Below are positions 24,601-34,473 of a stretch of 64,000 nt of DNA, piece by piece (within the stretch, counting starts at the first letter, position 1; each line of letters starts with the position of its first letter). Location of the stretch: the NCBI GenBank assembly GCA_905178155.1, contig CAJINV010000005.1, positions 4,257,556-4,321,555 of the forward strand. The letters run 5' to 3'. Made by a program: the position numbers and the translations under genes. This DNA is from Amoebophrya sp. A120 (lineage: Eukaryota; Protista; Dinoflagellata). Below the pieces are notes generated by a model. It saw only the letters and a program-made list of their open reading frames with translations. It did not search any database and was not told the DNA's origin.

Positions 24601-27600
24601 CAAGAACGACCGGATCACGTGGGAGGCCAGCGCATTGTAGAGGAAAAGAACCCAGAACTGCACCGCCTGCCGCGCAGATGACCCAGCCGCGGACGCGACC
24701 ACGACTCCGGCGGTGGTTCGCGACGCAGTTATTTCCACATCTCGTCGTGCTGTGCGCGTCGCTATCAAAAATCGTGAAGAGAACCATGCCAAATTTACCA
24801 GCGGTGTGACCAGTGTGGAAAACAAGTTGGCGCAAACCTGACAGAATTCCTGTAGCTCCTCGCTGCCGCGCAAGTCCGCGTCCTCACGCACGGCGGCAGC
24901 ATCGCCGGTGGGGGAAAAATAGGTCGCGCTCGTACTGCTGGAAGGGCCTTTGTTCTTTCGAAACTGCGTGGTCCAAGACCCGAAGTTGTGTTCCAACAGA
25001 TAGAACCGGTTTTGCGTCAAGTACTTGTGCAGGAAGATATTCGACAGTTTTTTGTGCATACTCCGTGCGAAGTTGCGCTGCACCCAGTCTGCTACCTCTT
25101 CCACCACTGCCATCGCGGTACCGTGCACGAGACCGGCCAGCGTCAGGCGCAAAATCTTTCCCGGCAGATGAGCGGCCTGAATGTTAGTCTCGGAACGCCA
25201 AAGAAAGCGGGTGATGCTGGGAGAGGAGTCTTGTGAAAGAGAGGACAGGAAACGGCCAGCAGCTCCCGGGGCTGCACTTCCTGTCGTCGTCGTCCTTCTC
25301 GCGACCTTGAGCAACAGGGTGGTGGTTTGGCGCTGCAAGCGCGCCCACAACTCCCAGCCGAACGTCTTCGCGAGAATCAACACTGCGAGTTGAAGCATGT
25401 ACTTTTCATTTCCGGCAACCCCGAGTCGCCAAAGCCGAAACGCGTCCCAGAACGGAGGCAAGGAAGCGCGCTCCGCACGAACGTTTGTTTCCCTGCTTGC
25501 CTCGTTTTCGCGCAGACGTTCATCATCTCCACTCAACTTCACGAAAGAACTCTCCACCGCCGGATCTGCTGCTGTTTGTTTCCGTTCCGATCCAGCCCGG
25601 ACTACACTTGGCGCCGCGAGGACGGATGATCCCTGACCACTTCTTTCCCGAAAACCTGCGGTGGTTGTCGGACCCACTGTCTTCGCCGGACTACGGCTCG
25701 AGGACCCAAAGGCGCCTAACACGCCCACCCTGGCAGCTCCGTCATTGGTGGTCGTAACTTCGGCTCCCTGGTGGGCCCCGGTGACGTGGTCGTCGTCCGG
25801 TAGTTTGCCGGTACAACTACCGGTGCCAGATATCGACAGCAGGTCGCGGGAGCACGAGAGCCCGTCGGTGCTGCGCGCATCCTCCCAGTTGGTAGAGCTG
25901 TTCAAGTCCACGTCGAGCTGGACCCCCTGGTCGCTACCTAACAGGGAACTACCCGCCGCAAGACCCACGCCGCTTTCCTCCGTGCTGCCGCGCTTACTGC
26001 TTGCCGCAGACGATGCGGTCGCGAACGAGTGTCGTTGCACGATAGCGTCGTTCGCTGCGGGATCCTCAGCAGGTGATTCCGCAAGAGTGGAAGAGAGCCA
26101 TTCCCGCCCCGGCCGGGGACCACCCTCCGGCGCGCCAGGTTGTTGTACTAGCTGTCGAGGCGGTGCCGCACCTTCGTCCCCCACGACGTCCTCCCGCTGC
26201 TCCCGTTTGGAACGCGGCTCTGCTTTTTCGTGCGTGGAGAGTTCCCGCAAGACGTAGCCGCAGCCCCCAGTCAAGTGCAGGGACAGATCGTGAAACCGTT
26301 TCAGTGCGGGCCGATGACAAATAGTCACATACACAATCGACAACCGCTGACACTCCTCATACAGCAACTCTTCGAGTTCCACGGATACCGCGCTTGTGCA
26401 TTCATCCAGGATCGCTATTTTTGGACGATGATACCACAGGCGCGCAATGGCGAGGCGCTGCGTCTTATGCATTCATGAAAAACAGCAAACCAGTCCATAT
26501 TATCGTTCGTACGCAGAAAAGCCAACAACGAACTTTGGCAACATTCCATTTTGACAAATATCAATGTCCTCTCTGTAATCTGTTCTGTCGTGCCCCCCGT
26601 ATGGTCACCTGGAAGAGGAGGACACCCGATGATCTAGTTTAGAAGTCGCTGTGGCAAGCGACATAGTAGAGGTACTAGACCACCCAGTACTAATAGGACA
26701 ACTAACATAGTGCACAAATACCTTGACTAGTCGCGCATGATTTATTGCACAGCATACTTTTGGCCCAGCGACAGCTCCGCATCCCAATCCCGCACGGGCC
26801 GTGATCTGCCGCGGTTCCCAGCCGAGTCGGGAGGCTGGAGGAGATCGGTGAGCCCCACCTTCGTGAGACAATCCGACAACCTCTCGGCGTCAAAGGCAAC
26901 CACCGCCGACCGGCTGGGGTAGCAGATCTGCTCGAAGAGCGTGCCCCGCACACAGTAGGGCTTCTGCGGGAGGTACATCATCTGCTCCTCGTGAACCAAC
27001 TGCACCGAGCCCCGCTGCAGCTGCCACAGGCCCGCCATGGCACGAAAGATGCTGCTTTTCCCCGCGCCGTTGTGCCCCGTCAGCAGCACGGTTTTCTTCT
27101 CGATCTTCAAATTCAAGTCTTTGACAAGCAGAAACCCGCGCATGCTGCTCGGTCCGCCAGCAGGCGTTGCGATGTCCGCATTGCGGAAAGTGATACTCGC
27201 TGGTGCTGGCTGTGAAGGTACAAATTCGGTGCTGGCCCCCGTTTCACTACAGTCGTCGTCCAGTGTCGTGCGCGGTTTATTTTCCTCAATCGGCATTCCA
27301 CCGGCACGGCTGGGGGTGGTGTCCAGCGAAACAGCCGCGGCGCGCTGCTTGTCCCGGGTGGCGCTGTTGTGATTGCGCAACGACTCGAGAAGGCCCGCCA
27401 GCCGCCCCGCAAGCGACTGAATGTGCCTGTGCATGGCATGGATGTTCAGCAGATTTCCCGTGGCAATCAGCCCTTCGCTGAGCAACAGCAACGTCTGGCG
27501 GTACTCTCCAAAAGTTCTCGCGTCCTGTCCGATGGAAGTCGCGACCGTGTTGGCCGTCTTGCTTGCAGCGCTCGACGTCGTGAAGAAGTAGTGGAGCAGA

Positions 27601-29303
27601 AAGGCCGCCAGAAGCGGGCGCAGTGAGTAGGTGTAGCAGAGCTTGAATATGAAGTGGAATTTTCGCAGCGAGTAGCTCAAAGCCTCGTCTTTCTGCAAGC
27701 AGTTCCCGAGCCGGTCTTCCAAAATTTCCTTTTCCCGCAGCGCGGCGGTTTGCCCCGGGAACACGGCGATGGCCTCCGCATGGTTCTTAACGCGCGTGGT
27801 AGCGGCTTTGTACGCGGCCTGCGCAACCGCGTGTTCCCGCGTCAGCTGCCCTACGTCCTTGGGAAAAAGCCGCTGCGCAACCTCGTACGCCGCCAGGAGG
27901 TACAGTTGGGGCCACAAGGCCAGACCCACCTCGCCGCTCCGCCAGGGGCTCGCGCGGCGGAGACGGAACACCAGCGCAAAGCTGAACACCGCCAGCTGCG
28001 GCAAGGAAACCAACAGCACCGAGACAAAGTTCGCGAGCCGGCCCGTCACCGAATTCAGCTCCTTTGTGAACATCTCAGGGATGTTGATTCTTCCCCGATG
28101 CGGGAAAAACTGTGCGTGGTAGTACGCTTGGTGCGCAAAATACAGATCGTGGAACCGCGTGGCCAACTTGTGCCGGAAGCCGATGCGTATCAACTGCAAT
28201 AAATATGTCCGGGTCTGGAAGGACGCAGAGGCTTGTGATGTAGCTTTCGCATGACCCAGCAGGCCAGGCACTCGAGCCCCCGCGTCACAGGTTCCGAGAA
28301 GTAGGCCTCTCACTTCCTAATCCGCATGAAGAAAAAGCCCTTCTTTCGGTGGGCTGTGCATGTATGACAGCTCTTCGTGTGGTGTGAAATGCGCGTTGGC
28401 AACATCGTACTTCCAGACCCAGATATTATATTTGCCATGCATAGTGTGCAGCTGCGTACCGAAGTACTGCTGCAATGCCGTCTGCAAAGCAGAAAGAAAC
28501 GCCATCACGAGTCCCTGGCCGAACTATGCGGGTGAACAACTCCCCGTAATGCAAAATATTAATAAATACCCAATTGACGCTCTGACTCTATCTCTAAGTT
28601 CTGTCATCTCTATGGCAAATTTTGGAACCTGATCCTCAAGAAAGAGCACAACAATCCGTGTCCAGATTTATCACGCGGAAATCCAATTTCCTCCGTTGCT
28701 TGTTTTGCTCCTTATGCCACCTTTCAGATGAGGGGAACGAGGGGGTGGAGTTGTGCACTCGGGTACGAACAGCCGCGCCGCGGGCGCCCACGAAGGCGGC
28801 GTTGCGAGAACACCTCCAAGTCCTCCGCCGGACTGCTCTGTGATGAGCGCGAGCAGTTGCGATACGATTTTTGTGGACCGGTACACGCAAACGGCCCGCA
28901 GACAACCCAGCACGAACAGGCTGCGCATCGCCTTCTTTGCGTCCCCGGCTCCGTCCCCGTTCCACTGGTCGTCCGCGAGATGAGGAGGAGCGCCGTGCCG
29001 TCCTCCCCGTGCAGCCGCAACACTACCAAAGGTCTCGCCACCCTCCTCCGCCACACCCCGCCGCGCAACATCCTCCCTGGTGCGATCGCTCGGCCAGACC
29101 TCCGCCAGAAGCTGGAACACATGATCATCCTTGCCTCGCAGCGTGCGCAATAGCTCGGGCTGCGCCACAGCACGAACCAAGTGATACACGTACTTGACGA
29201 CGTCCCAAGATTTCAGCTCTACGACCATAATGACAGCGCGAGAAATAATCGGGTGCGGTCGACGGACTTTCCTCCTCTGCGTCGCTGCACCACCATTGAC
29301 CAC
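21691..29303 (-). CDS. Full-size (two TMD+NBD halves) ABCD-family peroxisomal-type ABC transporter
   Basis: Two Walker A motifs (GHNGAGKSS, GPNGSGKTA) with AGLW and PQ..Y, two signatures (LSLGQKQRL, LSLGEQQRL), Walker B LDECTSAV and LDDCTSAV, and EAA-like motifs (NHAEAIAVF, QCAESVAFFKG). Confidence 0.9.
22173..22567. mobile_element. Probable highly decayed TIR introner, TSD TTCCG/TTCCA
   Basis: TATG...CATA ends with weak TIR; removal gives EFCVETALKKVDLLYL. Confidence 0.5.
23220..23559. mobile_element. Family-A TIR introner with internal duplication, TSD CGGGG
   Basis: Family-A TIRs (left end TGTC variant); removal gives EFRNLALCTPDQQTVL before Walker A. Confidence 0.92.
24254..24548. mobile_element. 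Singleton TIR introner, TSD GGAAG/GAAAG
   Basis: TATCCGCGTGCA...TGCACGCGGATA; removal gives YFADFRAVHYKVEQCAE. Confidence 0.85.
26466..26756. mobile_element. Decayed TIR introner in the ABC signature, TSD CGTCT/CTTTT
   Basis: TATGC...GCATA ends; removal gives LSLGQKQRLAIARL. Confidence 0.7.
28188..28443. mobile_element. Diverged family-A TIR introner, TSD ATGCG/GTGTG
   Basis: GGGTCTGGAAG...CTTCCAGACCC core; removal is in frame (FGTQL..GFRHKL). Confidence 0.85.
28525..28765. mobile_element. Singleton TIR introner, TSD CGAAC
   Basis: TATGCGGGTGAACAACTCC...GGAGTTGTGCACTCGGGTA; removal gives ARLFGQGLVMAFL. Confidence 0.85.
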
Positions 29304-29809
29304 ATGGTCGAAGCTGGCGTCACGTCACCAGTAGCCACTGCATCTCTTACGTCGTCCACGTTTTTCCGCATAGGAGGATGGCACAAAACTAACAGCTGGC
29401 TTACACCAGCATTACTGCAGAAGTGTCCACCTACTAACCTCCCTCTGGCGGCACTTGTTCGGGAGCACTCGCTCTAGTACTTACTTCCATCTTCCGAGAA
29501 CAAAGAGCACGAAAAAAACCGAGCGCTACGATAATTACCAGAAAAACTCAACAAGTCACTTTTTTTGGGTCATTGTACAGCACCGAACCAGGGCCACGGG
29601 CTATGAAATTGCAAAACACGGACTTCTAGTGACCGCGGGGTGCTTGTTGTAATTGTATCTTGTTTTCTATGCATCACCCTTATATTCATCTTTCAGTTTC
29701 AAGAACAGCCGCACGTGATTCCTTGAGAAAACCAAGGGCGTGAGGAGACGAAGAGATGAAACGAAAATTCCTCTATTGTTGCGATTGAGTGCGCGCACAT
29801 ATAATTAAT

Positions 29810-32800
29810 TCACGTGTACTTTTTCTTTTGCGTATCCGTCCAATATCTATGGAACTCAATCAGATCGGTAGCGTTATTTGCTACCTCATGCAGTACAGGA
29901 GAAGGCATAGTCGCGAGCCAGAACCGCAATTTTTCTGCGACCGGAGCCTCCTCATTCTTGCCCTCTACCTCCTCCGTTCCGTCACCGCTCCCGCTTCCTC
30001 CCATTGAAGATGACGCGATATTCAGCGCCACGAGTTCCGCCGGGAGCCAATGACTCGCCATATCAAATGCAAAAGTGTCTGGGTCTGGAAGAGTCCAAGA
30101 TTTGTGATGCAGGTTTTCCATGACCCATGAGGTCTGGAATGCGAGACCCAGCATGACAGATTATTTGCGGTCTCTATCATGCCTTTCCTGCATGAAGAAC
30201 TCCCTCTCAACTTGGTCAAAAGCGGACAGCTTTTGGTACTCACGCAACACAGATTTTTGCATCATTCAGATTTCGCATCACAGGTTCTAATCTTCCAGAC
30301 CCAGACATTTTTACATTTGATACGCCACTGTGTGGCGCCACTGGTACTGTAGCTGCAGAAGATAGGTGTTATGGTGTCGTCAGTGTTGTATTTGCCTCAG
30401 ACCGTAAAAAAAATTCTGCGCGCATTTTTTCGCGGCGCAAGGCTAGTAAACCTGTGCACGCTAGTGAGGGGCTGACTTGAACGCGGTTTGTTTTACCTAG
30501 CTTGTCAGCAGCAGTGCTCTAGTAGGTAAGTGAGTATTGACGCGAAGGGGGGCGGGGCGCTGGGGGTTCTTCTGTGGCTGATGTTTTCACCTAGAAAACG
30601 CCGGGCGCGCGCAGTATTTTTCTCCGTTTCCCGGATTGCTCTCTCCGTGCAGCTATTTGCCGCTATGGCCTGGGTCAGCGTGTGAGGCTGGAAACGTCCC
30701 GCGAGATGCCTACACAGGCCCTGCCCTCCTCGTCTCTAGCGGGCACCACGCACATATGTTGGCCGCGAAGGCTTTTCCGAATCCCTTCCAAAAAGGGGGG
30801 GCCGGAGGGGTGCCCGGAACCCTAAAAAAAAGCCTATTGCTTTTTCTCCGAATCACGATGGTGCTACCCCTCCCCAAAAGGGGTCCCGGAACCCCTCTGG
30901 GAACCCTTCCCGGAAGGCTCTCGGGTTTCTCGCATTTTGATGAAAAAGCCGCAAAGGCAAAAAGCGCGCGCGCCTGCCGGTACACGCGCGCACAGCTGCG
31001 CGACATTAGAACCAAGGGGAGGCGCAGCCGCGGTAGGTTCCGTTTGCGCCCTCGCCTCCGACCGACTTGCACAGAATGGGGCCCATTGCCTAGCGGCTGG
31101 ATTGCAAGAGGACCTGCTGCAGCACCTCCAGGCTGCAGGGGCGCTCCGAGGCAAGTCCGAGGAGCAGCAGCGCCGGATAGCTCCGTCTTTAGCCACTGAG
31201 ATGCGCTGCGAATAAGCTAGCTAGTTCATTAGGTGCGCAACAGAGTGGGGGGCTATACGTGTGCAACATGATGGATATCAAATACAAAAAAAGGCGCGCG
31301 GAAAATTTTTTACAGCTTGAGGCAAATACAAGTGACTCGCCACTGTGTGGCGCCACTGGTACTGTAGCTGCAGAAGATAGTTGTATCCAGCCAAAAACTT
31401 CTAGTCAAGCGATAAAGTGGAGGGAAGATGCTCCGCTTTTTGTTGCACTTCTTTTCAAATAAGTAAGCAAAAACAGCGCATCTCGAAGGTGTGACGCCGA
31501 TCCTGTTCCTTCTCGCAGAAGCACCCGAACCATACCAGCAAGATCCCTTCAGGTCGATCGGTTGTGCACACTCACAGCGAGAAAAGGAAAAACAAGGCGA
31601 GTAGTACAAGCTTCTTTGATAGCTTTAAGACTATTAAACTACAAACGTGACTTCACAACTGATTCTGATTCTACTACTTCAACTACAGCCGAACTTACAA
31701 TACTTTTTCGGCATAAACAGGCCCAGGAGCTTTTCAAGTCGTGCAACTAGTATCTTCTTTGCGGATTCATCGTCTCACACACGAGCGCTGACTGAATTTT
31801 TTTGGCTCATAAACTTATTATCGAGGTGGTTGTCGTGAGAGACGGCGTGAACAGTTCGGTCGACTTTGACGGGTAGATCACGGTGGCCACAGACACTTTC
31901 CCCGCCTCAGCATTGAGAGTTATTTTCGGGCCCCGCGAAATCGTCGTGCTTCGACTCCCTGCTGAGGCGCGCCGGCTGGCGAGCGCTCCACCGCTACTGA
32001 CATTTCCGTTCAACAAAGCACTGATGCCGGTCAAGGGAAGCACGCCTGTAAAAATTTATGCGCCAGATTGAGGCTTATGAAGCAACTTCTCTTGACGTGT
32101 TCGTCGTCTTTCGTGCGGAGCCCTGCCTAGAAATGTATGCCACTTACTTACTTTCCAACGGAAGACCGCAATACCATCTTACTCTTCGACCAACATGAAA
32201 AAGACTTACAAGTGCCGTTGGTCCGTGCACCCTCTGCGAAAAGGACGGTCGGCCGAGAGAGATCCGTAGCCGCAGACAGATACGCGTCTTCTGGAAGGCG
32301 CTCGCCGTAAATCTCTATTCTACTGAACAGCACACCCATACCAGAAAATAAAAACAAACCGCAACACAACTCAAGTTTAGCAAGGGCGTCCCTTTAGTTA
32401 GCAAGGCAAATTAATGTTTTTCCTGGTATAATGCGTGTACTTTTCTCTTAGATAATCTCCGCGGCGCGAAGAAAAGCGGGGATGATTCCGCGCGAGAGCT
32501 CCACGCGAGCGGTGCTAGAATGCGTAAAACAGAAACTGTTGTAGCCAAACAATCCGAAATAGAGCACGTCGCAAGGCCCTTGTGCATTGCATACTAACAA
32601 CCTGCCATGCTGCGCTTGATCTTCAACGTTGGTGTTGCCCTTTCTTCCTGTCTTATCACCGCTGCTTGCGGCCGTGCGGAGACGTAAGCGTCTCGGGTCC
32701 GTAGTTCTGCCGTAGTCGATCTGTTGTAAGAAACTCTTGCGAATTCGCTATTATTCAGTTTATAGCAACTGCGCTTTAGGAGAAATAACAACGTATTCTT

Positions 32801-33654
32801 TTCTGGCTGCATAATATGCTTGTTGGAGATGCCACCGACGTCACTGCGATACTCATCATGGAAAATACATGCATACACGGGTCATCATCCTGGAAAATGT
32901 CAACATCAGATCCTTACACTCGCTCGGGAATACACAAGCTGAAGATGACTTCTCAGGTTGCACTTTCAGGCTCCCGTGCATAGAAGGCACAAAATAAACA
33001 GTTTATGGGACTAAGGCTATCCAAATGAGAGGTACCCAGTGGAATCCGAGCGAGAAGAGACAGAGGCGGCAAAGGTATCAATCGAAACAAAGCCTGTGGT
33101 GCCCAAGCCACATGTGCGAGATAGAGATTTGATGCCGACTCATATCGCGAAGACAGAAGAACTTTGACTTTCTTGCCATGCGCAATCTTGAAGATACTAC
33201 GAGACCTACAACCAGCATGTTGCTGATGGCTACGGAAGATCTAAGAACAAGCTTGCGGTGGTGCAGAGCCTGCTTCAAATACTAAATCCATCGTTCAGGA
33301 GTCTTGTGCCGATCTTTACAGTGAAGAAATATTGGTAGCATATGATCGCTCGCGTCGTGATGGAAAGTACACCTGCAGGTTTTGTTTCCTTGATACAACT
33401 GGAGGCAGCAGGAGGCAGGCGAGAAGGTCGTGAAGATACCCTGACAGGATGTGAACCGCGCCAAGTAGAACCCAAGCGAGCACAAGGGCCAGAAAACCCA
33501 ATACAAACCCGACAATCCGCACGGGCAGCACGAGCGGAAAAATCAGCAGGAACTTGGTTACTTTATGCCACCATGGTATTCTTCGGTTGGCCCACACCGG
33601 AACGAAAGGATTCACTCCTTTTGTCTGGTCGGCAAATTGCCGGTATTTTTCCAT
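29810..33654 (-). CDS. LOA1/VPS66-like lysophosphatidic acid acyltransferase
   Basis: N-terminus MEKYRQFADQTKGVNPFVP resembles the Loa1/Vps66 start; TM segment; acyltransferase motif VLFAEGARTNG; basic C-terminus. Confidence 0.7.
30061..30322. mobile_element. Family-A TIR introner, TSD CGCCA
   Basis: Intact TIRs; an empty-site copy of the target lies at 31333-31380. Confidence 0.95.
30386..31331. mobile_element. 946-bp non-autonomous TIR element of a different type (TTGTATTTGCCTCA ends, possible GTG TSD)
   Basis: About 45-bp imperfect TIRs: TTGTATTTGCCTCAGACCGTAAAAAAAATTCTGCGCGC versus the reverse complement of 31290-31331. Confidence 0.75.
31333..31380. repeat. 48-bp exonic direct repeat; partner is 30051-30060 plus 30328-30365, split by an introner
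   Basis: TGACTCGCCACTGTGTGGCGCCACTGGTACTGTAGCTGCAGAAGATAG is identical in both copies once the element and one TSD are removed. Confidence 0.95.
32316..32454. mobile_element. Short TIR introner (family G-like), TSD ATCTC
   Basis: TATTCTAC..CATACCAGAAAA...TTTTCCTGGTATAATG..TTAGATA; removal gives LRAAEIYGERLP. Confidence 0.85.
33076..33395. mobile_element. Old TIR introner with eroded TSD (AAAGG/CAACT)
   Basis: TATCAATCGAAACAAAGCCTG...CAGGTTTTGTTTCCTTGATA; removing the element plus 5 nt keeps the frame into RLCLFSLGFHW. Confidence 0.7.
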
Positions 33655-34473
33655 GCTCGTCTTCTGTTTCTCTTTGGTTCTAAGTACTTACTTTCAGGAA
33701 ATGATAGAAGGTCGTGTCTCGATTCTATGATCGAAAAAAGTGAACTAATTCTAATCCGCACAGCACGAACAATTCACTGGCTTCATGTTCATTGTCCTCG
33801 AGTCGTATCATCTATAGGTTTCGCGGAAATAAAAAACCGTCACAAAACCACCCTTTACGCTTTTCTCTTTCTGGCAGCCAACAAGCGAAAATTACCAAGC
33901 CTGCGAATTATGTGCGAGGTTTTTCATTGTTTTGATTTTCAGTCTAACACATTCATGGGCTCGACAACATGAGATCGCTAAAATAGGGCAAGGCAGATCT
34001 TCAAACCATGCTTTTTACCGTGCGAGAAGAACGGCAAGCCCCGCGATCTTGGGTACTGATCAAGGATAGATCTTTTCAGAAAATTCATGGAAAAGCAATA
34101 AAGCTTGCTCCAAACAACGATCTGTCCCGTGTGCGTCTTTCGGGCCTTCGAAAGACTTCAGGCGTAATAGGTCCAGTCACCTCCAACCCACGCCTGAAGC
34201 AGATCATGCTTATCGCATCGAACAGAAAAAGTGTGTTCCTGACAAGGTCCCGTAAAAGTTGCGAAGATGGCACAACATGCATTTTTTGTCATCATATCTT
34301 ATCGTGTGGGGAAACATGATACCACCAATTTTTGTTTGCCTCCCGTACCTGATTCAATGCAAGATGAAGCAATTGTTCAAAACTGGTAGGTGCTGCGCAA
34401 AATTATCGCTCCGGGCAAGAAACAACAGTAGTAGACGGTTAGATCGTTATGTTTTGTGATACAACTTCTCGGA

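Noticed and set aside
31799-31809. Dinoflagellate spliced-leader relic (TTTTGGCTCA)
   Set aside because: Only a short partial match, on the non-coding strand and inside a gene.
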